A stretch of DNA of 63,043 bases, counting the filler, from Jimgerdemannia flammicorona (lineage: Eukaryota), in NCBI GenBank assembly GCA_003990765.1. It is 3 parts of 3 records of this genome, joined end to end, with 100 filler letters (N's around TTAATTAATTAA, not from the genome) between each part and the next. Parts side by side here need not be neighbours in the genome. Positions count along the whole stretch, not along the records: positions 42,103 to 63,043 come from RBNJ01001563.1; 2 more parts are not named here. One strand, 5' to 3'. Under the pieces are notes generated by a model. The model ran no database searches. It was not told the DNA's origin and saw only the letters and a program-made list of their open reading frames with translations. The number at the start of each line of letters is the position of its first letter. Position 1 is the first letter of the stretch. This document shows, in pieces, positions 49,648-61,608 of this stretch. The translations under genes were made by a program, and so were the position numbers.

Positions 49648-51678
49648 TGTAAGCGCACAACCTCCAAGCCACTGAAATCACACATCACCCTCTGAATAAA
49701 ATCTGGAAATCACCTACCGATCATGAAGCTGAGTCAAACTGAAGTTACAGTGCACAAAGCTGAGTCAATACAAAGTCACAGAACACAAGATTTACACAAA
49801 TGGAATCTTACCAATCAGGACCAAATACATATATACCGAGCACCAAGACATGTCGAATCAGAGAACCAAAACAAACAACAACCACAACTTCCAAACACAC
49901 AAACATGACCACTGAGATCTACACCTATATCCGTACTGACATTTGGAATGCCATTGTTAACCAAGCCACACTCCCTCTGCCCCTTATGAATATCCATAGC
50001 CTAGCACCCCTCTACTTTATGGAAGCCCGATGGAATGCTCTGAACATGCTTAGCAAGGCCCACTGAATCAGACAAATCTCAAGCTACTACCAGATCAGCT
50101 GCCTCCTGGAAGATATGGTCAAACACCACCACAACACAGACATTACCCAGATGTCTCAACACCAGAAGCTCATTGCCTGCAAACATCGAGAACTCTTCTA
50201 TGAGTACAGTACCATTATTCCCTGCCTTCGAGTTACTATCAGCGAAATGGTTGCTACTCTGTCTTATGGCCAAATCGATGACATGATACAAGAACTCAAC
50301 CAGAAGTACCTCGAGTATGTTGAAACCACAGACTGAACCTTCCTCCACCCCAATGATCACATCCTGCAAATGCCCCAAGTTGGATACGCCATGAAGGACA
50401 TCTATGATATAATCCACTTCGATGAAGATGAAGCAGAAGACAATGATCCCTCTGATGCCAACATGACCTCTAGCCAAGGATCTCTGCCAATCCTGATCAC
50501 TCTGCCAATCTTACTGATGAACTTACAACAGTTCATAACTGCATACAAGACTTATTGGAACAATGACTACTGGCATGAATACCAATCTGTATTCACTCTC
50601 GATTACTTCAACTATAATGAAGAGACTGGAGAACACAATCTGTACCTTCAGACAACCCTTGAGATCGAACCAACCACTCCACCATCTGAGTACGAGTAAC
50701 ATGAACCATAGCTGCCAGCATACTATAACCCCACAACTCACAGTGCCATAACCTATAGAAGGTATGCAGACAGCGAATCCAATGAAAGTGAAGACAATAC
50801 ACCCATCCTTCGCCCACCAATACCTTATTCAGCATATGAGACAGACGATGCTATCCTGTAGGATGGAGATGAAGTTCCAATATACTATTACCTCAGCAAA
50901 GAAGGAGAAGTAATCTGCGAACCATTATTTCTAGATGACTACTTCATCAGAGATGATGCAATTGATGGTGATGTCATCGAAGACTATCCAGACAGCATCT
51001 AAACCCATAAATAGCCTAGCAGTCATAGTATAGTTAGATTAGCCTTATACGACGTGACTGTGAACTGACTCAGTAGTCAGACGATCTCTTGACATGTCAG
51101 ATCACACTTGTACTACATGACTGCATTCCAACTCAGCAAGGCACTTAGTGCTACATCCATATCTAGCATAGTCCAGATAGCCCCTCACTAGTATAAATAC
51201 CCCCTCCCCCAGACCTCAGAATCTCAGACTCGAATACATAAGAACATTCCTGAATACTTCTCCACAATATCCCTTTACACAACTACTTCTAATATAGCAA
51301 TATCATGAATAGCAAATAAACCTATTCAATAATTCACAACCCACTCTTAAATAAATCCACTCCCTGTTAGGTCCCACTCCTAACCCCATCATGAAATTTC
51401 CTAATTAGGTATTGTCTGCAGCAATACACCAATTCAACTAAGCTGGTCTTAGTTTCTTGAACTTCCTGAAATACGGAAAATCCTGAACATCCAGAACTAG
51501 TCCGAAAAAGGACTTTGGTTGAGATGTCAACCTGATCTTGAAATCAATAAGCATAGAGGATGTACTCCATATGAAATTGATCTTGACCATAAGAAAATGG
51601 TCTTCCAGAACATCCAGAATATCTAGAAAACCTTTTCAGAACTATGTAACAGTTACCATAAAAAGTAACCCTCTTACA
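49648..51678 (+). repeat. Gypsy B 3' LTR (2031 bp), TATAAATACCCC at 51192-51203
   Basis: Direct repeat of 42157-43408; full-length match to the solo LTR; TG...CA ends. Confidence 0.95.
49905..51002 (+). pseudogene. LTR-encoded accessory protein of Gypsy B (up to ~365 aa, unknown function)
   Basis: ORFs at 49800, 50115 and 50370 share one frame. Stops at 50064, 50334 and 50697 are sense codons (CGA, AGA, CAA) in the other LTR copies. Confidence 0.8.
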
Positions 51679-52490
51679 CTTCCTCTGGTATCTCCTTCAT
51701 CTGTGAAACCTTGTATTCAACTGATCCCTACTTAAGGGTTGCTGGTCAATCTCTTGCCTTCCCAGTATTCTCCCTCCTAGCCAGCCTCACCCTGATATTG
51801 ATATCTCCTGTCTAGAGTTCAGTATCCTTTCAGACTCTGAACCTGATGTTTACAATTTCTCTATATTCTTTGACCACCTCCACAATCAACTCCCTGGCCT
51901 TCTCTCTTGATACTATAGAAAGATCCAATATCATCAACTGTACCACTCAGAGGTCCCAGTATATATATCTGACTATAGGGACCACTACTCTATCTTCTAC
52001 TACCCCCTTCTCCACAGCCTCCAACAATGATACCTCTTCCTCAAATCCAACCTCAACTCCTTCCTTCTCCTTCAAGAACTTCACTGAAGCTGCTCCCTTC
52101 ACCTCTTATACCACTAGTCTCAAAATCATCCTTACAGTCACTGTTAAGTCTTAGAAGTATAATGTAATTACAAATTCTGACCTCAACTTTTTGAGTAATG
52201 GTATCAATACCATACCAGTCATGCCATCTGCCAGGTCCCCAGGCCTCATGCCCTCCCTCTGTTCTGATCTGCCAACAACCATTACATCTGGATTTTTTTC
52301 CAGATCTCCAGTCACAGCTCCATCAGTAGTCACATCTCCAGCCCTTACTCCCCCCTCTCTCCTACTATCTGACACTCCTATAGGGGCCCCTCTCTATCTC
52401 CTACCTGAAGCTATCAATACCTTCCCCAGTCCCAACCAACTATCCAGACAAGATGACATTTTTCTCATCTTGATCTTATCAGCAAAGGTC
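51679..52490 (-). mobile_element. LINE ORF1 fragment
   Basis: GDVTTDGAVTGDLEKNPDV (52151-52375), homologous to 7770-8515. Confidence 0.85.
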
Positions 52491-53253
52491 TTTTTTTTTT
52501 TATTATAAAACTTTTTTTTATTATAAAACAAGTAGATAATAGAGGAATAGTTTAGAGTGAGATGTGATACTATTATAGCAGATATGAAGGTCAGCAGTAA
52601 GAGGTCAAAACAGAGGAAGCAGTAATCTTATGTAAATTTTTATGACAGAACAAAAGCAAGCGGAATAAAGTGTTTTCTGAAGCAAGGTGCAATAGATCTG
52701 CAACCTGCCCATGACACTACAATATGCAGTAGTCTTTATTCAAAATTGAGAACAAAGTTTGGGTAAATAAAGACATGGATCTAACCCCAGAATTCTAGAA
52801 GTAAAATAGTGCATAAGTACCTGAGCCTTACCCCAATCCAAACAATGGTCCAAATCAGGCTTCATCGATCTACACACATGATGGGCCATTAAAAACCTAA
52901 TATAGAAACAATCAGGAAAAGGTACTGGTCATGTGATCTAATGTTACACATACTATAAACAATGCCAAAAATGGAACTAGACCAATGACATATCACATAT
53001 TGTCATATGATTATTACTTATAGGTTTAAAAACCTAAAAATCATCAGCACCTAAAGGTGCAGGCATCAGGCCTAGAGCCTTGTGACCAGAGCAGAGTAGA
53101 GCCTTGGCACCAGAGTGAGCGAAGTGAGCAGAGGTAGACAGACATCACAGAGCATAGGTACATAGGTATCAGGCCTAGAGCCTCGTGCTGGAGGTTGTCC
53201 GGCAATTTTTCACATTTTTAAACATCACATGGCACATACAGGCAGTGTGGTCT

Positions 53254-55265
53254 TTAAGGAGGACTTTGAGCAAAACTGGTATTTGAGATGGTATTAAGAG
53301 CAGTAAAACCATTCTTCTGGGCAATGATAGGTCGTTGGGCAGTCGCAGAGAAACCAAAATGAAGCAAAGCAGTACATAGAGTCTTGTCAGGCTATTGATG
53401 TAGCCATTGGGCCATGTCATATTGGACGATAAGCAACAGGGGAGGGAAAGCAAAGTGGGGGATGGGGGGGTGGAAAATAAGGAGAGGTGTGAGAAGTGAA
53501 GTTCGGATCTCAAGCCAATCAACTGAACTCAATTGAGTAGTTACAACATCAACAGGATATCCTTTTCTGTAAACCAGAAACTTGGCCAAAGACTGACACT
53601 CATCAAGCCAATTATGGCAAGATGAGCAGAGTAGCAAAAGGTGGTGGACCTCATTCACAATACATAGATGGAGTGTCTTCCTAGGATGATTGCTCAACTA
53701 GTCAACAAACTGAGTACTATGTGGGAATTTGGCAAAGTGGCCCATACAGAATGGTGTGACTCAGATTTCCAGGTCCAAGTAATGGTATGGTCCAGTGGAC
53801 AAGACTTCTCATTTGATATGATGGTGTGGAGGATAATGACACCGAAGATTGCAGCCAAGTCCATAATTGTGGGTGTAAAGACAATTAGATCATTAATATA
53901 CTGGTGGAACTTTAGCCTGGCTTCAACAGCTCGGCTTAGCAGATGGTTAGACACTTGCAAGGTATACAACTCATGAGCGAAACCAATGAGGTTGGCGAGA
54001 TCCGGAGCACAATTAGTCTCTATAGCAATACTAGACACAGAGTGGAAGGAACTGATGGTGGATGTGAACGTCATATGAGTCATGACTATGCGAACAAGGC
54101 CGAGAACAGCTTCAAGTGGCAAAGAGCCAGAGGGGAAGGCCACTGTCAACAAAAAGATGAGGCAGTTAATACACTCATCTAATGTGATCCTGGTGTAGAA
54201 GACAGCAAAATCCCCAGTAGTGACGTAGTTGCAATCTGACACATCTAGGTAATCTGATCGAACCAGCTGTAACAGTTCAAGCATATCACGTAGAGGTGAA
54301 TAATATGAATAACCTATATTATGGCACAGATGGGCCAACCACAGATGGAGAAAGCAAGATAGGAAATATGAAATCTCGGTCATGGAAGAGTTAAAAGCAC
54401 CAACGATAGGACGCCATGCCACATGAGTCCCTTTGTATACCTTGGGCAAAGCATGAAACATGGGCATCTTACAATCACTGAGCTTCATGAGGTGTTCCCA
54501 AATTGGCATACAATTCTTGTCACCAATGCAGAACTTGAGTAGACCAAGCAGGTCTAATCTCACTGATTCCTTAACATTATCAATCATAGAGGGATCATTC
54601 ACATATACAGAATCATGAAGGAGGGACTGAAGACTGTCGAGATATAGAGTGCACAGAATTATGGTGAACCCCAGATTTTTGTCAGTAAGACAGACTGTAA
54701 AGTCATCATGAGCACAGATGCCTTTGAGAAGGTGACAGAACTTCTTTAGTATAAGCATGCCAGATATATTCATCATGGGTTGGATGGCTTGATTCAATGC
54801 AGTACTCATATGGAGCATAATTTGCATATTTTCCATACAGTATGGCAGTTGCCATTTAGATAGCACCCAGGCGGAGATCTCCAGGACATCGTCGGGATTA
54901 TCCATAGAGGTCCAGAAGGTGGCAAGGTCAAGATATCATTAAAATGATAACAATGAAATCAGATCAATGGTACTGTTCATCGAAGCCAACCTAGGGAGAA
55001 CAAACTTAGGGCCAAAGTTCAGCATATACATGAGCTCAGGGATAAGCCAAGGCAGAGGTATATCTGTAACAAAGCCCTTCTTGGTAAACATCTGAAACTG
55101 AGGGATGAAAAACTGACTTAAGTAGGAACCGAGAAGAGAAGACACAAAGGCAAAATCCTCAATTGGTGTCGAGGCTGCTACCCCACATAGAATGGGGACA
55201 TCTGGGCCAAACCACGCTGTTGGGAAGTCATAAAAGACTTCTGGACTGGGGACCTCTAGTTTTTT
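53254..55265 (-). pseudogene. PLE family 2 RT, left arm
   Basis: LNFGPKF, DKNLG, FHALPKVYK..WRPIV, TGDF..FYT, NCAPDLANL; largest open piece 53694-54905. Confidence 0.88.
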
Positions 55266-56404
55266 GACACTAGAGGATAGACATTGCTGGCATTATGCCA
55301 GACGACATGACATTTGGTGGCAGTACACTTGTTGCACTGCGGCACAAATGCTCTGGTGGCGCTCTTAGATAAGTGGCTTGAAGTCAATGAGTAGCTAGTC
55401 CTGGTAGAAGCAGAAGAAATGGATGGAGAAGGTGAAGTCTTATACGCTCACTTGACTTCTTTTACAGAACCCACTGTCATGGTAGGGGCTAGGGGACAAG
55501 AACCCTGGTGGGCCTTTGTAGACACACCAAGGTATCCAGAACAGCTACGGCAGTTTGGCACAGCAGAGGCCAAAGTCACATCCACCACCTTGGCCTTTCC
55601 TGCAGCCTCCACAGGCACAGCAGTAGAGGGTGGAGGGGTGGGGACACTCTTTTTCAGTTGGGTGGAACTGGTGGCAGCAGAAGCAAACATGTGTTTAGCA
55701 CCCGGAGTAACAATCTCGGGGTGCTTCTTAAGCTCCTCAACCATGGCTTTGCAGGTGGTGGCAGAAATCCCATCTTGCAGGGAGGAGGATACAGGGACAG
55801 TCAGGCAGACTGTAGCAGCCACAGCTTTAGCAGTGGCAGCAGTGGCAAGATGGCGAGATTGATATATGACAACATCAAAACCATGGAGCAGAAACAAGTT
55901 CATCTTGGCTCAGTCAGTAGCAGCGAGAATAGCAATATTCTTACTAACCTCTTGAGTGATATCAATAGATATCCCAAAGAAGTTATGGGTATCAGAAGAC
56001 CCACCCATAGTCTTGTCAATTTTAGCATACTGGTCCTTAGCATGCTGGGCAGTAGCATCTTGATCAGAGACCACAGCCTCAATTGCGACAGTGGGGCAGT
56101 ACTTAGCTTCTGCCGAAGCAGTAGTAAGGGCAGCAGCATGCTGTTCCTCCAGAAGGAGGGTGATCACAGCAGAAACCTTCTTGGAAGAAGTAAACTTCCA
56201 ATTGGCAACTTGGGCTCTCAAAAAGTCAGCATAGTGCTCATGCGCAGTAGTAACCTCGAGAGTATGAAGCACTCTGGTGTAAGCAACATGGAAGCCAGCA
56301 GGGACCTCGACAAGTGAAGCAGCCAAGAAGATGGCCAGGTCATCAAAGTTCGCCAAATTGGCGAAAGAAGCTTTGGGGACAGCAGCATCGCCATCTAAAT
56401 TCAT
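55256..56404 (-). pseudogene. PLE family 2 ORF1, left arm
   Basis: Fragments 55910-56404 and 55448-55903; Cys/His motifs near the C-terminus. Confidence 0.75.
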
Positions 56405-57649
56405 ATTATCTGTTATGTTGTATATTATAAAACAAGTAGATAATAGAGAAATAGTTTAGAGCGAGATGTGATACTATTATAGCAGATATGAAGGTCAGTG
56501 GTAAGAGGTCAAAACAGAGGAAGCAGTAATCTTATATGAATTTTCATGATAGAACAAAAGCAAGTGGAATAAAGTGTTTTTCGAGGCAAGATGCAATAGA
56601 TCTGCAACCTGCTCATGGTACCACAATATGCGGTGGTCTTTATTCAAAATTGAGAACAAAGTTCAGGTAAACAAAGACACAGATCTAACCCCAGAATTCC
56701 AAAAGTAGAATGGTGCATAAGTACCCAAGCCTTGCTCTGATCCAAACAATGGTCCGAATCAGGCTTTATTGATCTACATACATGACAAGCCATTAAAAAC
56801 CTGATATAGAAACAATCAGGAAAAGGTACTGGTCACATGATATAATGTTACACATACTATAAACAATGCCAAAAATGGAACTAGACCAATGACATATCAC
56901 GTATTATTACATGATTGTCACTTATAGGTTTAAAAATGTGAAAATCACCAGACAACCTCCGGCATAAGGCTCTAGGCCTGATGCTTGCATACCTACACTC
57001 CATGATGCCTGTCTACCTCTGCTCGCTTTGCTCACTCCAGTGCCAAGGCTCTACTCTGCTCCAGTTACAAGGCTCTAGGCCTGACATCTGTATCTTTGGG
57101 TACTGACAATTTTTAGGGTTTTAAACCTATAAGTGACAATCACATGACAATATATGATATGTCATTGGTCTAGTTCCATTTTTGGAATTATTTATAGTAT
57201 GTGTAACATTAGATCATGTGACCGGTACCTTTTCTCAATTGTTTCTATATCGGGTTTTTAATGGCCCATCATATATATAGATCGATGAAGTCTGATTCGG
57301 ACCATTGTTTGGATCAGAGCAAGGCTCGGGTACTTATGCACTATTCTACTTCTGGAATTCTGGAATTAGATCTGTGTCTTTGTTTAGCTGAACTTTGTTC
57401 TCAATTTTGAATAAAGACTACTGCATATTGCAGTGCCATGGGCAGATTGCAGATCTATTGCACCTTGCTTTAGAAAACACTTTATTCTGCTTACTTTTGT
57501 TCTGTCATGAAAATTTACATAAGATTACTGCTTCCTCTGTTTTGACCTCTTACTGCTGATCTTCATATCTGCCATAACAGTATTACATCTTGCTCTAAAC
57601 TATTCCTCTATTATCTACTCATTTTATAATATACAATATAACAGATAAC

Positions 57650-58797
57650 ATGAATGTAGATAGTGATGCTGCCGTCCCTAAAGCTTCTTTCACCGATTTG
57701 GCGAACTTCGATGACCTGGCCATCTTCTTGACTGCTTCGCTTGTCAAGGTCTTGCTGGCTTCCATGCTGCTTGCACCAGAGTACTTCATACTCTCGAGAT
57801 TGCTGCCATGCATGAGCACCATGCTGACTTTTTGAGAGCCCAAGTTGCCAATTGGAAGTTTACTTCTTCCAAGAAGGTTTCTGCTGTGATTGTCCTCCTT
57901 CCAGAGGAACAACATATCACCGCCCTTACTACTGCTTCAGCAGAAGCTAAGCACCACGCCACTGCTGCGATCGAGGCTGTGGTCTCCAATCAAGATGCTG
58001 CTGCCCAGCATGCTAAGGACCAGTATGCTAAAATCGACAAGGCCATGGGTGGGTCTTCTGATGTCCATAACTTCTTTGGGATATCTATTGATATCACTCA
58101 AGAGGTTAGTAAGAATATTACTACCCTTGCTACCACCGATAGAGCCAAGATGAACTTGTTTCTGCTCTGTGGTTTTGATATTGTCATGCATCAATCTCAC
58201 CATCTTGCCACCACTGCTACTGCTAAAGCCGCAGCCACCACAGTTCACCCAACTGTCCCTGCATCCTCCTCTCTGCAAGATGGGATTTCTGCCACCGCCC
58301 ACAAAGCCATAGTTGAGGAGCTTGAGAAGCATCCCGAGATCATTACTCCAGGTGCTAAATGCATGTTTACTTCTGCTGCCACCAGTTCTACCCAACCGAA
58401 AAAGAGTGTCCCCACCCCCCCACCCTCTACTGCCATACCTGCAGAGGCTGCGGAAAAGGCCAAGGTGGTGGATGTGACTTCAGCCTCTGCTGTGCCGAAC
58501 TGCTGTAGCTGTTCTGGATACCTTGGTGTACCTATGAAGGCCCACTGAGGTCCTTGCCCCCTAGTCTCTGCTGTGACAGTAGGTTCTATAAAAGGGGTCA
58601 AGTGAGCATATAAGGCTTTGTCTTCCCCATCTATTTCTTCTGCTTCTACCGGGACTAGCTGCTCATTGACTTCGAGCTGCTCATCTAAGAGTGCCACCAG
58701 AGCATTTGTGCTACAGTGCAACAAGTGTACTGCTGCCAAATGTCATGTCGTCTGGCATAATACCAGTGATGTCTGTCCTCTAGTATCAAAAAACTAG
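57650..58797 (+). pseudogene. PLE family 2 ORF1, right arm
   Basis: Fragments 57650-57835 and 57808-58548, continuing to CNKCTAAKCHVVWHNTSDVC and TAG at 58795. Confidence 0.75.
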
Positions 58798-60803
58798 AGG
58801 TCCCCAGTCCAGAAGTCTTTTATGACTTCCTGACAGCGTGGTTTGGCCTGGATGTCCCCATTCCACATAGGGTAGTGGCCTCAACACCAATTGAGGATTT
58901 TGCCTTTGTGTCTTCTCTTTTCGGTTCCCACTTAAGTCAGTTTTTTGTCCCTTGGTTTCGGATGTTTACTGAGGAGGACTTTGTTACAGATATACCTCTG
59001 CCTTGGCTTACCCCCAAGCTCATATATATGCTGAACTTTGGCCCTAAGTTTGTTCTCCCTGGGTCAGCTTCGATGAATAGTACCATTGATCCGATTTTGT
59101 TATTGTCATTTCAACAACGTCTCGACCTTACCACCTTCTGGACCTCTATGGGTAATCCTGACGATGTCCCAGAGATCTCTGCCTGGATGCCATCTAAATG
59201 GTGACTGCCACACTGTATGGAAAATATGCAAATTATGCTCCATATGAGTGCCGTGTTGAATCAAGCCATCTGACCCATGATAAATATATCCGGCACACTT
59301 GTATTAAAGAAGTTCCATTGCCTTCTCAAAGGCATCCGTGCTCATGATGACTTTATAGTCTGTCTTACTAACAAAAATCTGGGGTTTGCCATAATTCTGC
59401 ATACTCTATATCTCAACGATCTTTGGTCCCTTCTTCATGATCCTGTATACATGAATGGTCCCTCTACAATTGATAACATTAAGGAATAAGTGAGGTTAGA
59501 CCTGCTTGGTCTACTCGAGTTCTGCATTAGCGACAAGAATTGTATACTGATTTAGGAACACCTCATAGAGCCCAGCGATTGCAAGATGCCCATGTTTCAT
59601 GCTTTGCTCAAGATACACAAAGGGGCTCATGTGGTATAGTATCCTATCATTGGTGCTTTTAACTCTCCCACAACTGAGATTTCACATTTCCTATCTTGCT
59701 TTCTCTATCTGTAGTTGGCCTATCTGTACTATAATGTGGGTTATTCACATTATTCACCTCTATGTGATATGCTTTAACTGCTATAGCTGGTTCAATCAGA
59801 TTACCTAGATGTGTCAGATTGCAACTATGTTGCTACTGGGGATTTTGCTGCCTTCTACACCAGGATCACATTAGATGAGTGCATTGACTATCTCACCTTT
59901 TTGTTGATGGTGGCCTTCTCCCCTGGCTCTTTGCCACTTGAAGCCATTCTCGGCCTTGTCCGCATAGTCATGACTCATATGACATTCATATCTGCCATTG
60001 GTTCCTTCTGCTCTGTGTCTGGTGTTGCTATGGGGACTAATTGTGCCCCGGATCTCACCAACCTCATTGGTTTCACTCATGAGTTATGCACCTTACAAGC
60101 ACCCAACCATCTGCTAAGCCAAGCTGTCAAAGCCGGGCTAAAGTTCTGCTGATATATTGATGATCTAATTGTCTTTACACCCACAATTATAGACTTGGCC
60201 ATGATCTTCAGTGTCATTTATCCTCTGTACCATCGTATCAAATGGGAAGTCTTGTCCACCGGACTGTGCCATTACTTGGACCTGGAAATCCAAGTTGCAT
60301 CATTCTGTACAGGCCGCTTTGCTAAATTCCCACATAGTACTCAGTTTGTTGACTGGTTGAGCAGTCATCCTAGGAAGATGCTCTATCTATACATTGTGAA
60401 TGAGGCCTGCTGCCTTTTGCTACTCTGCTCATCTTGCTGTGATTGGCTTGATGAGTGTCAGTCTTTGGCTGAGTTCCTGGTTCACAGAAAAGAATACTCT
60501 ATTGATGTTGTAACTACTCAATTGAGTTCAGTTGATTGGCTTGAGGTCCAAACTTCACTTCTCACACCTCCCCTTATTTTCCACCCCCCTATCCCCCACT
60601 CTACTTTCCCTCCCCCATTACTTGTCATCCAATACGATATGGTCTGATGGCTACATCAACAGCCTGACAAGACTCTATATATGTACCACTTTGCTTCATT
60701 TTGATTTCCCTGTGACTGCCCAATGACCTATCATCACCCAGAAGAATGGTTTTACTGTTCTTAATGCCGTCTTAAATACCAGTTTTGCTCTAAGTCCTCC
60801 TTG
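58788..60803 (+). pseudogene. PLE family 2 RT, right arm
   Basis: GVAMGTNCAPDLTNL, YIDD about 60153, YLDL, thumb region; no GIY-YIG domain downstream. Confidence 0.88.
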
Positions 60804-61608
60804 AAGGCTGTACCACCTGTATGTGCTGTGCAATATTTAAAAACACAAAAAATTGCTGGACAACCTCTGGTGCGAGGCTCTAGGCCTGATGTCTATATAC
60901 CTATGCTCTGTGATATCTGTCTACCTCTGCTCGCTTCACTCACTCTGGTACCAAGACTCTACTCTGCTCTGGTCATGAGGCTCTAGGCCTGACACCTGTG
61001 TCTTTGGGTGCTGATGATTTTTAGGTTTTTAAACCTATAAGTGATAATCATGTGACAACACGTGATATGTCATTGGTCTAGTTCTGTTTTTGACATTGTT
61101 TATAGTATATGTAACATTAGATCACATGACTGGTACCTTTTTCCAATTGTTTCTATATCAGGTTTTTAATGACCTGTCATGTGTGTAGATTGATGAAGCC
61201 CAATTCAGACTATTGTTTGGATCAGGGCAAGGCTCAGGTACTTATATACCATTCTACTTCTGGAATTCTGAGGTTAGATCTATGTCTTTGTTTACCCAAA
61301 CTTTGTTCTCAATTTTGAATAAAGACCACCACATATTGTGGTGCTATGGGCAGGTTGCAGATCTATTGCACCTTACTTCGGAAAACACTTTATTCTGCTT
61401 GCTTTTGTTCCATCATGAAAATTCACATAAGATTACTGCTTCCTCTGTTTTGACCTCTTACTGCTGACCTTCATATCCACCATAACAGTATCACATCTTG
61501 CTCTAAACTATTCCTCTATTATCTACTCATTTTATAATAAAAAAAAAAAAATAATAATAAAAAAAATAATAAAAAAAAAATAATAAAAAAAAATAAAAAT
61601 AAAATAAA

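Larger units (their letters stand above)
42157..51678 (+). mobile_element. Ty3/Gypsy chromovirus family B, near full length: LTR-gag-dUTPase-PR-RT-RH-IN-chromodomain-LTR
   Basis: 5' LTR 42157-43408 (truncated by a poly(A)); PBS 43412-43423; knuckle CFYCQKTGHMASAC; IDSGAS; YIDD 47089-47100; TTDAS; integrase HPETDGQTER; chromodomain; PPT 49634-49646; 3' LTR 49648-51678. Confidence 0.95.
52491..61608. mobile_element. Head-to-head inverted dimer of an endonuclease-deficient PLE, family 2, with A-rich tails at both outer ends
   Basis: About 52517-56930 is the reverse complement of about 57120-61538; each arm is pLTR-ORF1-RT-pLTR-tail. Confidence 0.9.

Noticed and set aside
52491..52530. Telomeric repeats at PLE junctions
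   Set aside because: Only A/T tails are present; no TTAGGG-like arrays at any PLE end.
57270..57330. Hammerhead ribozyme in the pLTR (TCGATGAAG...)
   Set aside because: Lacks the CTGANGA core and a properly placed GAAA in all four copies.
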